Origin: Dudresnaya verticillata
Taxonomy: Eukaryota
Assembly: GCA_977862235.1 (NCBI GenBank)
Contig: OZ374562.1
Span: 992,001-1,056,000, forward strand
Reading direction: 5' to 3'
Length of the DNA: 64,000 bases
A model generated the notes under the pieces. The model saw nothing but the letters and a program-made list of their open reading frames with translations, did not search any database and was not told where the DNA came from. Below are positions 12,010 through 23,900 of the stretch, one piece after another (within the stretch, counting starts at the first letter, position 1; each line of letters starts with the position of its first letter). The position numbers and the translations under genes were made by a program.

Positions 12010-12849
12010 ATGTCGGGTGGTTCCGGATCGCAGGTGCTGGCGAACGCGCTTGGTCGTCTAGCGCGCTATTCCTTTGCGCTCGGCGTGGCAGGTGCTGCTG
12101 CCCAGTCGTCGCTGTACGTGGTCAACGGTGGGCAGCGCGCGGTGATCTTCAATCGCTTCACGGGTGTGGAGAAGGATGTCCGTGGGGAGGGGATGCACTT
12201 CAACATTCCGTGGGTTCAGCGGCCGGTAATTTTCGACGTGCGCACCCGCCCCCATGCCATCAATTCCGTCACCGGAACCAACGACCTGCAGATGGTCAAC
12301 CTGACCCTGCGCGTCCTGTCCAAGCCCGACAAGGTCATGCTTCCGACCATCTACTCGCGTCTCGGTTTGGACTGGGACGAGCGTGTGCTGCCGTCCATTG
12401 CAAATGAGGTGCTCAAGGCTATCGTGGCACAGTACAACGCCGAACAGCTCCTCACGCAGCGAGAGAAGGTCTCCCGTCAGATCCGCGAGACGCTCACCGC
12501 CAGGGCCAAGCAGTTCCACATCGAGTTGGATGACGTTTCCATGACGCATTTGACGTTTGGCCGCGAGTACGCGAGCGCAATCGAGGCCAAGCAGGTCACG
12601 CAGCAGGAGGCGGAGAGGAGTAAGTACATTGTGCAAGTCGCCGAGCAAGAGAAGATCGCGGCTGTCGTTCGCGCCGAGGGTGAGAGTACTGCTGCCCAGC
12701 TCATTTCAGACGCCATGGCGAAGAGCGGTGATGGTCTCTTGCAGCTGCGGAGGATCGAGGCTGCCAAGGAGATCGCCGCTACGCTGAGTCGGTCTAGGAA
12801 CATCGTGTACTTGCCCAAGGGAAGCAATGTGCTTCTCAACATGGGTTAG
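12010..12849 (+). CDS. PHB1: Prohibitin-1 (mitochondrial SPFH protein)
   Basis: YVVNGGQRAVIFNRF, GEGMHFNIPW, TGTNDLQMVNLTLRVL, ERVLPSIANEVLKAIVAQYNAEQLLTQRE, LRRIEAAKEIAATLSRS; head-to-head with UTP25 across ~360 bp. Confidence 0.97.
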   Translation: MSGGSGSQVLANALGRLARYSFALGVAGAAAQSSLYVVNGGQRAVIFNRFTGVEKDVRGEGMHFNIPWVQRPVIFDVRTRPHAINSVTGTNDLQMVNLTLRVLSKPDKVMLPTIYSRLGLDWDERVLPSIANEVLKAIVAQYNAEQLLTQREKVSRQIRETLTARAKQFHIELDDVSMTHLTFGREYASAIEAKQVTQQEAERSKYIVQVAEQEKIAAVVRAEGESTAAQLISDAMAKSGDGLLQLRRIEAAKEIAATLSRSRNIVYLPKGSNVLLNMG

Positions 12850-15453
12850 GCGCTGTCTTGAATGCGTCAGTTTTGTTTTACGGCTTCCGGCTGTGAATTG
12901 TGTGGGGCGCTTTTGGCGTTCGTATGTGGCATAGTGCGCCCCTCCTGTTCAGTAACAGACATACTTCCATGTTCTGTCTCGGACGTGCCTGAAGAGTCTC
13001 AGGAAGATACGGTAGGCAGGAAGCAGTATGTCCTCGGGTTAAGCAAATGTGCGGAGACGAGCCGGAGTGTGTATGCCTTGTGGCAAAACCACGGCACGAT
13101 GAAGGATGCGCAAAAGAAACCGCACGGGTACCAGCGCTAGAGGACATATGGTATCGATCCATTAGCCGTGACCAGGAGATAGGTAAACCTCAAAGCACAG
13201 CCAACTGGTCTAGCGAATGTGATACCCCTTGCATCGTTAGGGTTCGCGTCCAGGCGGAAGGCAGCAGCAGTTGAAAATGCGCGATGCGAAGTGGAGAGCT
13301 CTGCAACAGCGATTTGTGCTAGCCAGCGATACGCGCTAGCCGCCTACACACAACGTAGCGCCACCTGGATGAGTTGGGTGCCTCTTGAAGGCACCTTGCT
13401 CGTTGCTCGTTTCTCGCAGAGTGGAACGCGGTCAGTCGATCTGCCACCATCTGCACAGCCAAAACGTGACGAGCCGACTCAGTCGCCCCGGTTCAAGAAC
13501 CACCACCCACCCACCACATCACTCTTTACCGCAATACATCCTTTCCGGGGCTACAGCATGCGAACGGCCTGCCACACCTCCGCCATGCCCGGCCCCAGCA
13601 TTGAACGGAGGTTACCAGCATTTCTTGCTCTTTCGTCGCCTTGTGGAAGGTCTTCGGTATCCGTATTCATCGCCGTTTCCCTTCTTCTCTTGAACCATGC
13701 GATGTCCGCTGGCCAGACTAATGCAGCATTCTCCGCTATTACACACCAGCATCCATCTCTGCCTCATTGCCGAAAATTTGCAAGGCCATTTGCGAAACCG
13801 GTACAGGTCTTCTCCGCCTTCCCATCTGCGAGTTGAATTCTACCATAGCTTCTGCCGCTTCGAAGCCGGCCATCCCGCGGACAGCCTCCTCGAACCATTC
13901 CGAGCAGATTCCTGAAACGCGTTTGCGACATTTATCGATTCTCGTTTGGTGAGGACCTGCGAGTTTACCGCAACTTCTTAAGCAGATCTGAGCCATGCGA
14001 CATAACCACCGACCCCATTCCATGGGTACGCGTGTATGCGGACTATTCTGTTCTTATTGCATCACTCTGTGTGAGTAATGAGGTTGTTGAGAATCATAGC
14101 ATGATCTGTACAACTGCCGGCTCTGCTTCCAATTAGGGGCTTCCGGAGGTATCTCGGATCTGAATCTGAGCATTTTGTGAAATGGCTTCAACTGCTAGGC
14201 TTCGACTCCGGGAGAGCATTCCGGATGTGTTGCCGCCTTGCGACTAACCGGCTCCTAACAACCCTCGAGAGCTCCCCTTACACCAGCCTCACACTTCTAC
14301 ACGCCCCGCTGTTTGCTATAGTAGGGTTTCCGCGATAGCTCCGGCCACGCTGTCCGTCATCACTACTGTCGGCGCCACCATATGCAGCGTCGCCGGGTGC
14401 GGCCCTCATGCCGCCCCGCCGCGAAACCCCACGCCCAGCATCGCATGTCGCAGTAGCAATCCGACCATCAGGATTAGCGACTGCTCCGCTCCGATCACCC
14501 GCAGCACCGTCCTTCCTTCCGTCGTGCTCCAATCGCCTCCCCATGTACTCCTTCAATTCCTGAAATACTCTGCCGTGGCCGCCTTAACCGGCATCTTCTT
14601 GCAAAGCGTTGAACGTGCCGATGTCAAATAAGTGAAGGAGCGTATATCTGGTCTCTTATATCTTGCACAGATTCGACATCGACAAGCGGTCGCCCCAAGC
14701 GTCCTTCAGCAGCAGCTCATCTCTCATACACTGCATGGCGACAGTGGTCGTGTTGGGGGGCACTGCGCAATGGCCTGCCAGACTCAATACGGCCGCGGCG
14801 TAGTGTCCGTCGATACCGCTGAATATGGCAACAAAATGCGCAAGCACAATAAGAGAAGCATGAGTTGCTCAAGCCGGGCAGGTCACTCGTTACGGGCAGG
14901 ACAGCTGTTTCGATGTAAGTACCACGTCGTGCCATGAGTGAAGGTGGCTTGTTACTGAAGTGTGAAGTGCCTGTTCCGTAGGCATCCAGCTGGCTGCATT
15001 CCAAAGAAATTTGCCATTACCAAGAGGAGACTATCACTGAGTGAAGTGAAATAACTCTTGCCCATAATAGTAGACTCGGAAGTCCCCCTAATCTAACATC
15101 CCAGGTCCTGCGAATGCCTGTAACTGTAACTAGGATTGACAGCAGAGAAGACAAGAAATCTGCTCCGAAATGCGCCCATCGTACTAGTTATACTGCACAA
15201 CTGCCCGCGTAAGGGAGAAGAGCGATGAGTAACTATTGGTGCATGACTCAACAACAACAGCTCTCTGGACATCGCAAGGAAGAGTGAATCAAATCTTTAC
15301 CGCTCTCATCAAAAACGAGAAAAGCTAAAAGGTGTTAGCACTGCTATGAACGCGTTTTAGTAGTGTTGACAGCCATCTCGTGAGAGAGCAGTGAAGCTCC
15401 AACCCAAAAAAAAAACGGCGAAGTTTCTTGTCGTCTCAGCACTCAGTGCAGGA

Positions 15454-15915
15454 TTAATTCTGACATTGGTTCTTCCTGGCCTGCTTAGCAAGGAACTTCT
15501 TCTCCTTCTTGCTGACCGATTTCCAAGCCATGACATCATAGCAACCGAAGAAGTTATAAAACGTCGTGGGGAATTCCTTACTGGTCTCCGGAGCTTCGGG
15601 AATGATGATTTTGTAAGAGGCTCCCTTGGTAAGGATGGAGGAACACAGACCGCCGTTAAGAATGGTTCGAGCGTAGAACACGCGGCCAGGCGAGCAGCCC
15701 TTGTATAGTGCCTGGACGCGGAGACGGAAACGGAACTCATCGCCCAGGAACGGCTTCTGGTTCGGCAGCTTCTTCACCGAGACAGCTTTTGCGCGAAGCA
15801 CCACTGCTGCGTTGCGGAAGATCTGTTTCAAGGTGAGATCTGGGCAGCTGCATGCGGTTGCGACCGGAAAGAGGATGCAGAGCAAGGCTGCGGAAAAGAT
15901 AAGGAACTTAAACAT
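15454..15915 (-). CDS. Secreted TIMP-like / NTR-domain protein (153 aa)
   Basis: Hydrophobic signal peptide ending A-T-A, mature N-terminus C-S-C, then VVLRAK, V...YKG, T.....LCS..L..G..Y, C....W..VS..EK..L......C; 6 mature Cys; TATAAA on the minus strand near 16020-16025. Confidence 0.8.
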   Translation of the reverse strand: MFKFLIFSAALLCILFPVATACSCPDLTLKQIFRNAAVVLRAKAVSVKKLPNQKPFLGDEFRFRLRVQALYKGCSPGRVFYARTILNGGLCSSILTKGASYKIIIPEAPETSKEFPTTFYNFFGCYDVMAWKSVSKKEKKFLAKQARKNQCQN

Positions 15916-16439
15916 TGTTTGCTTGCGACGGTTGTGTGGATGTCTGGCTTTTGGCAGACTATGTTGCGTGAGGAATGTCGGTAGCGAGTTGCAGTAGTGC
16001 ATCCACGCCCTCGCTAAGCTTTATAACTCGAGAGTAACGCCATATCCTGGTTTTGGCTCGATGGAGAGTGCTTGCGCAGCGTGTGCCAAAATCAAAGATG
16101 TACATGTAATCGACTCGCCAGATGGCAGCTGGTGCACCGGTGTTACCTGTAACAGAAGCAAGTTGATTCTAACCTGGCAATCCCTTCTCAGGGGGCTCCG
16201 GAATATGCCTACGAAAAGGGGTTTCGAAACCGTCATGCGATGCTGTCCAAGCTTGGGCGGTTATGGCTGTTGTAGTTGCCGCTGTAGCCGCTTGGGGCTT
16301 CATCCCCACTTGGGGCCAGATCTGGTGACATACCGTCAGTGGTTGAGCAATAGGGCTTTTCTACAAACGCAGCGGGCATGTCGAAAGAGCCAATACATTC
16401 TTGAGAAATATATCCACTATCAGAATAGCGAAAGTCGTA

Positions 16440-17183
16440 CAGTAGATCCGCCATAATTGCATACTGACGGTCGGGCGCGATCCATTCAATAGGCGGTGAT
16501 GTTCAAGTGTCGGAACTGTAAGTTTCATTGCTGTATCAATCAAAACGACTTTTACTCATAGAGTGCACCAAAGAGCAATACTTACGAAAAGTACGTATCC
16601 AGTGTCGTTTGCGTTGACGTGCGCACCCTCTGACGACGCAAAACGGACTGCAGACGTTTCATGGCTCGCATTCCGGCCCCGCAAAATTCGCGTCCAGAAT
16701 TTGCTTCACGATAGCGACAGCTTTGAGCTGATCCAAAGGGGGAGGAAGGGTAACAGGAAGCTCCCGTTCCTCGCCGCCATCGTCGTCTTCACTGCTGCAT
16801 CCCAGCAGCGCACTTTGAATGGCGCACTGCGTCAACAAATCCTCCCCAAACTCTTCAGTGTGTGCTACGCCATCTTCAGCATTTAGAATGCTTGACAGTG
16901 CCATACGCCTCTTCGGCGTGGCAAGGCGAGAGACCACATCTGATAAATGCTCTCTTTCTGCAGTAACGAAGCTCACAATCGAAAAAGCTTCAGACGAATC
17001 ATGCAAAATCGGATCCAACAGCCCAGTATGATCAGAGCAATTGCTGACTACTTCACTGGGAAATGCTTTCCACACCTCCTTTAACCAACGCATAGCGGTA
17101 AGCTGGTCGATTTTATAAATGTTACTCACACGAACGTCCGCAAAATCAAGAGCACGCTCATACTGCTTACTTCGGTATATTAG
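16440..17183 (-). mobile_element. Truncated Tigger/pogo-like DNA transposon: one terminus plus transposase C-terminus (16659-17160)
   Basis: TA|CAGTAGATCCGCCATAATTG terminus; ORF IYKIDQLTAMRWLKEVWKAFPSEVVSNCSDHTGLL matches the post-DDE tail of CENP-B/Tigger transposases; cut by an LTR at 17184. Confidence 0.65.
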
Positions 17184-17371
17184 GGTAGTATAGACGTCGA
17201 GTCGATCCGACGCCTAATACTCGATGGTCCAAAACCGCCACACAGACCCGTCGATGGGTATCTGTTGTCTGTGGTAGAGCGGTATAGGCCGCGTGCTCCC
17301 TGCAGGTGCGGATCGACGGCGTCAATGCCGGAGCGCTCACGGAGCGTACCGTACAAGGGCGGCAGCGGCAG
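17184..17371 (-). repeat. 3' part of the minus-strand 3' LTR of Gypsy element B (split by element A)
   Basis: Reverse complement aligns to the last ~190 bp of the element A LTRs (…gacgtctatactac); continues at 30423. Confidence 0.85.
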
Positions 17372-18160
17372 TGTAGTATAGCTGTCAGCACCCTACCAGC
17401 AGCGACTGTAAGGTATGCTGGCAGCCCTGCACTGTAATAGTGCACACGATGACGCCCGCTGGCGAGTCGTGGTTGGGCAGCGTGCCCTTAGTTTTTTCGT
17501 TGAATTAGTAGCGGTCGACCGCATTGCTGCCGGCAGCGTCCGCGCGCCGTGCCGCAAACGGCGCGCCCCTGTGTGACGCTCTCCGTCATCGAGCCGTTGA
17601 GAGGGCCGCTGCCCGTTACGCCCCGCGCGCGCCCACGGGTAACCGTTACCCGGACGTGTCGACACGTGTATGGGCGCGCGCTCGCACACCTCCCGCGTTG
17701 GTGTTGTGGGGCGCACCTACTGTACAAGTAGTCGTAGTGCACATAGTGTAGGGTATTTAAGACCGTCGGCCATCGACGGCTCAGTAAACCGAACAAGCAA
17801 CAGCTCGCGCTGAAGCTTGCCCCCAGCCTTTTCGGGTTCGATCCCTTTGCCTTACGCCAGCGGGCGGTTTCCCTTTTTCCCCTTGCCTCGCTAGGCTTTC
17901 CCCTTTCTTTTTCCTTCCCGTCAGCTTCGTGCCGCCCTTCGACAGGGACGCTGGCATCCGGCCGCTGCCTACCCGCGTACGGTACACCCCGTGCGCGTTC
18001 CGGCATCGACGCCGTCGATCCGCACCTGCGGGGCGCACGCGGCCGACACCGCTCTACCAACCCCAACAGCTACCCATTGACGGGTTTTTGTGGCGGCTTC
18101 GGACCAGCAAGTATCAAATCGGATCGACCCGACTGTGACCACACCGACGTCTATGCTACA
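17372..18160 (+). repeat. 5' LTR of element A
   Basis: TGTAGTATAG...CTATGCTACA; about 97% identical (by eye) to 29646-30422. Confidence 0.95.
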
Positions 18161-18161
18161 C

Positions 18162-18179
18162 TGGTCTCCCGACCTAGAA
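18162..18179 (+). other. Primer-binding site, probably tRNA-Tyr
   Basis: TGGTCTCCCGACCTAGAA, 1 nt after the LTR; implies a tRNA ending ...UCGGGAG-A-CCA (G72, A73), the eukaryotic tRNA-Tyr identity pattern. Confidence 0.75.
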
Positions 18180-18227
18180 GTCGTCGAGACCCAAGTACTT
18201 CTCGCATCGACGCGATCGAAGTAAAGG

Positions 18228-20661
18228 ATGTCGAGTCCTCCTGACCCGGCTGCTGCCGCATCGGCCGCTGCCGGAAAAGTTGAGGACACGACGCGTCGCA
18301 CCTCAATACTGAGTACCATCGGCGTCTCAGGTACTCCTCTACATGATGTGAGGCTCGAGCGGAGGGCCGCGCTGCAGAAGGCCCTCGCCGGGAGCCTGGT
18401 CTCGGTGGCCGACCTCCAGCTGCTGTATGAGGAGACCATGGACTCGCTAGCCGAGGTGTACGACCACCTTACAGCTTCGATAGCTGCGGCGAAGGCCGAC
18501 GGCCAGCAAGACTTGGACACGCTTCGACGCGGTCATTTGGCCTCCATCGAGGACGGAATAACCCGGTCACAGGGGCTCCTCGATGAGCTACGCCGCCGCG
18601 TTGAGTTGATAGAGCGCGCGCCGACGCGGCAACGCCAGCGGGCTACAGGCCCGTCGTCGGCGCAGCGCTCTCCTCCGCAACCGCAGTCACCAGCGGGTGC
18701 AGTTCAAGAATTGGCCGCTGCCATACTTGCCGAGCAACGAGCTCGGCATCGCTTTCCTTCACCACCGCCATCTCCACCGAGGAGTGCCGCGGGGTCGCAC
18801 CATCCGAGTGGGGACCCCAATCCGTTCTACGGGGTCGACCCCAGGTTGCTCCAACAAGCCCTCGAAGGGCAAAACACAAAGGGGGGACCGACCCCCCGAC
18901 AGCACGAGGGCCCCGTCTCTGCCTATTGGCATTGGGGCCCACTCATGGCAGGCATCGAGCCTTTAACCATGTTGGTGCCAGAGTTCGCTAAGGCGATCGA
19001 CTACCGCTCGTACCGTCTCGATGACGTAGATCAGCGGGACAATCAACAGCAGGTGTGCAGCGGCAACACTGCGAAGATTGTCAGCCGCATGAAGGCCGTG
19101 ATGCCCCGGCTCGACCGGTTCGACGGCAAGGAGCCGATTCGCCTGCTTGGTGTGCTTCGACAGCTACGCCAAGCATTCAATGGCGTTGGACTATCCGAAG
19201 GCGCAGCGGCGCGCGTGGTGTCCTGGTTCCTCGATGGAACCGCGTCGCAGGTGTACTCGAGTCACCTGTTCTCTGGGGTGCACACAACGCAGCGCGGCAC
19301 CCCACCCTGCTGGGCCTCGGTGGTCAATACCCTCGTCGAGAGGTTCGTCACGGACGACGTCATCGCAGACGCCCATGACCGGCTGACCACCGCCAAGCAG
19401 AAGGACGCCGAGTCCGAGCTTGAGTTCGCTACTCGCCTCGAAGGGTATGCGGACGCCTGGTCTGGCGTGTACTCCGATGAGAACTTGACGCATCGGTTCC
19501 TTCGGGGCCTGCTTCCCACTACAAGACGACAAGACCCGCAGTGGCGGAGAAGGTCAGGCAGCTGCCTATGGTCGAACAGACCAATTTTAGTACCGTTCGT
19601 CGGATTGCCCATAGCGAGGGCACAACCTACCGCCCCCTTTGGCAAAGGCAGCGCAGCCTACGAACACCTCGGGGCGCGGCAGGTCAGGTGGCAGCTCGGC
19701 AAGCGGCCGTACACTGCCCATCGAGGGCCCACCAAGCTATTCCAGCGGGGACGTTGCTATCGACAGCACAATGCTGGTGGACCCCGACGCCGACGGGTTC
19801 GAACCCGTGATGGTCGCGCCCGCGCTATCGACAGCCGGGTCGACCGAGGCCGACGAGACCCTCGACATTACAGGACGCATCGACGCGGTCCTACCCAAGC
19901 GCATACCACCGCTCACTCCAACGCAGGAGGCGATGGCACGCGCAGTCATCCCTGATCGACAGGGATGGTACATCTGCTGGTTCTGCCGCGAGGTCGGGCA
20001 CATCATGTATTCGTGCCCGTACCTCACGAAGAAACAGCAGACGTACTGCGCGTATGCGAACTGCAACCATCGGATGGAAACGCAGCCACATTCGCTCAAT
20101 ATGCTCCAACAGCTCATCGACGAGCGCGCGCCAGCGGGCGCAAGGACAAGGAGCCCCGCACGGCGCTACGATGCGCCGCGGGGAGGGGACCGACGCTTCG
20201 ACGCGAGAGGTCCCCCGCAGCGCCTGTGCGCACCAAGGTACCGCGGAGAGCCGCAGGGGTACCGTGGGGATCGTCGAGACCCACGCCGCGAGTACCGCCA
20301 AGGCGACGCACCGCGGTTCCTGCTGCGCGATAAGCGGGTCGGCTTCGACGAGCCCGTTGGCCGTCAACCTCAGGCATCGACGCCTCCGAGGGCCGACCCG
20401 CGCCGCGAACTGCTCCGAGCAGTTATGACGGTGCAGGAGAACACCGGCCTCACCGCCGACGAGTGGCTTCCGCAAGCGCTCGACGCGCGGCACAAGGGAG
20501 AGACAGCCAGCGGGCAGGGAAGCGATTCCCCTCTCCTTTTTGACACCCCTCCGCGATCGACGCGAGGCGCCTCAGGGGTTACGAAACACCCAATCGGAAT
20601 CGAGCACGAAAGTTCGGATTCCGAGGATAATTCTGACCGGGTCGATCCGGGAAAAGAATAA
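18228..20661 (+). pseudogene. gag: gag of element A, frameshifted near 19530 and 19630
   Basis: RFDGKEPIRLLGVL...W..VVNTLVERF...QKDAESELEFATRL capsid-like region; zinc knuckle CWFCREVGHIMYSC in the 19639-20661 frame. Confidence 0.85.
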
Positions 20662-20987
20662 AGGCGGCGCCGCTCGTGCGGTCGCGCGCACCGTCTTGTC
20701 CAACACCAGACCCATCGTCCCTTTCACCTTCGACGGCGTTGGGGGCAGCGAGCCCCCACGTCGAGCGCAGCGGCGCTTCGAAGGACACGAGCGGCGTCCC
20801 GGACGACGGGACGTCGTGAGCGACGCGTACCAAACCACCCTGGCCGCCGCGGCGTCGACGCAAGCGACAGGCCAGGCGGAAAGGGCGCAGCTCCCCGACG
20901 GCGGGACAGGCGGTACCCGACGCTCGACGCGAGGGTACCGGGGCTCCATGCATCGACGCAGAGCCGGCCACTACCCCCGATGGGTAC

Positions 20988-23900
20988 GTGTGCCTCCTGT
21001 CCTCCGAGATTTACCGAGTGTCCGGGTCCCTCGGTGCGGACCCGCGAGTTATGATACCCCACACCATCGCGGTGGACACCGGCTCCGGGTACAACCTCAT
21101 CGCTCGAGGTGCCCTGCCCGCAGGCTGGGAGGAAAACGCGTCAGAGATCGACTCCGCGCCACGCCTGGCAGGCGCCGACAAGACTCCGCTGAGGCTGTCC
21201 GGCGTCATCCACCTCTCGATGAGGTTGGGGAACACGACGTTCCGCGTGCCTTTCATCGTCGCCGACACGCTCGCGGTCGACGTACTGATAGGCACGCAGT
21301 TTATCAACGCGCACGTGCGCGGAATTGACGTCGAGTCGAGAAGGCTGACGCTGAGGAAAGGAGGCTCGGTGCTCATCCTCAGCCGCAGGAAGCCTAGCGA
21401 GGGAACCGGTCCAGCCACGCAGCCGAAGAATCCATCGAAGGGTTTGTCGAAGCACCAGCGGGAGCTCCTCGACTGGGATCACGATACCCACACCATACGC
21501 CTCGCTAGGCAGGTGGTTGCCCCAGCCTACTCGCAGAGGCTCGTCTCGGTGACGTCGGGGGCTAGTGGGTTAATCCACACGGAGCCCAAACCCTCGTTTC
21601 AGTTCCGCCACGGCGTGAGACTGACCAACGGGGTGCACGACATCGAGTCGGGGCGACCCTTCGGGGTTATCTTGGGCAACTGGACGGACAAAGCCCGGAC
21701 CCTACCGAAGGGTACCGTGTTCGGCTATGCGGTCCGCAACCCAGTCGCCCTAATAACCCCGGACCGCGACGTCGCGGAAGAGTTCGGGAGGGTGATGAAT
21801 ATCACCACCCTTCCCCACAAAGGGCAGCGGCCCAGGGGTAAGGGGAGCAACGATCCCCCAGTCACGCCGTCGATGGCAAGGGGCCCCGAGCCCACAAAGC
21901 TCCAAGGGGCAGCAACAGCAGCGGCGGAGAAAAGAGAGTCCGTCGAGGACTGGGCGTCGCAGGTGGACCTTTCGTCTATCGAAGACAAGGTCACCCGCGA
22001 AGAAGTCCTCGCCATGCTTCGGAAGCATCAGTCCATGTGGGACGGGAGGCTAGGCACGATTGCCGCTACGCAACACCACATCGACGTGGAATCCGGCACG
22101 CGGCCGATTCGCTCAATGCCCTATCGACAGGGCCCCGCTATGCGGAAGCTCGTACAGAACGAGGTCGAGACCATGCTGCGTGCAGGGGTAATCGAACCAG
22201 CCACGTCGGAGTGGGTATCGCCAGTCGTTCTGGCGCCCAAGAAGGATGGCACGCTCAGGTTTTGTGTGGACTATCGACGTCTTAACACCAAAACCCTGAG
22301 CGATGCGTACCCACTCTCACGCATGGATAACTGTATCGACAGTCTTGGCGACGCTGCCATTTTCTCCACGCTGGATTGTAACGCGGGGTACTGGCAAATC
22401 CCTGTCGCAGCGGCTGACAGGGATAAGACCACGTTCACGACGTTCCTAGGGACGTTCCGCTACCTGCGGATGCCCTTCGGACTGAAGAACGCCCCTGCGA
22501 CTTTCCAGCGTGCACTGGACACCATACTCAGCGGAGTTAGATGGCAGTGTTATTTGATCTATCTCGATGATGTGATCATATTCTCGCGGTCGATCGCGGA
22601 GCACGTCGGTCACCTAGACCGCGTGCTGACTCTGCTTCGCAAGGGCGGCGTGTCCCTGAAGCTGAAGAAGTGCCACTTCTTCCAGTCCCGCGTGGACTAC
22701 CTCGGTCACGTGATCGAGCCGGGGAAAATACGCATGGCGAAGACAAGCATCGACGCGTTCCGCCATGCGCAGTTCCCGACCTCCCTAACGAAGGTGAGGT
22801 CGTTCCTCGGGGCGTGTAACGTTTACCGCCGCTTCGTCTGGAACTTCGCGAAGATCGCTCATCCGCTGACGGATATGACCCGCAAGGATGCGGATGTGGA
22901 TTTCGATAATCCAATCGCAGCGGCGCTAGAGGCATTCGAGACGCTGCGAGCGACACTATTATCACCTCCTATCCTACGGCTCCCTCGCGAGGGCAAGCCG
23001 TACGTCCTCGACACGGACGCATCGGCGTACCAGCTCGGGTGCGCCCTGCTCCAGGAGCAAGAGGACGGCCAGTTACACCCCGTTGGGTACTGGTCTTACT
23101 CACTAAGCTCAGCGGAGCGAAACTACTCGGCCACGGAGCGCGAGTGCTTTGCAGTGGTGTGGTTGATCACAACCCTGCGTCCCTACATCGAAGGGACCCG
23201 GTTCACGGTACGAACCGACCATGACACCTTGCGCTGGCTCATGTCCCTGACCGATTCGTCCGGTCGCCTTACCCGCTGGAGGTTACGACTCGCGGAATTC
23301 GACTTCCAGATCGATTACCGCCCGGGTAGGGTACACCAGGTGCCGGACGCGCTGTCCCTCCTGGTGAGGCCTCGACGGCAGCAAGAGGAGGTTGACGACG
23401 ACGTCCCTACCTATGATCCCCCGGCGGTCGACCGCCAGAAGGAGGGTGCCTCGAGTACCGAACCCAAGGTACCGTCGGTCTTGCTGACCACGCGGTCACA
23501 AGCCAACGCGTCGACGCGGAAGGCGCCGGATCGACCGGCTGCAGCGGGCGGCACTGGCAGTGAAGCCAAGGAGCCCTCGGACAGCGACGAGCCACCGGGG
23601 CTTGCCGACGACGAAGCCTGGGACGACTGCGACGACGTCGACCTCTTCGACCTTGGCCACATCGACGCGAGCCAAGAGCCGACGGACCTCACCCGGGTCG
23701 AACCGGTGAAGCTCCCTTCACCAAGAACCGTGGAGGAATTGGTGGATGCGCAGCGGTGCGATTCTTTTTGCCAAACAGTGTTGGCACGGCAGTCCCGTCG
23801 ACGGGATACCCACTTCTTCGAGGACGAGGACGGGCTCTTGTGCCGGCGTCACCCCATCATCTCCTCGTTGGAGCAAATAGTGGTGCCCGAAGCGCCACAG

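Noticed and set aside
13219..14937. Short ORFs between PHB1 and the TIMP-like gene
   Set aside because: No motifs or codon bias; a small gene cannot be excluded.
17393..18138. ORFs repeated in both LTRs of element A
   Set aside because: GC-rich shadow ORFs repeated only because the LTR is duplicated; frames differ between copies.
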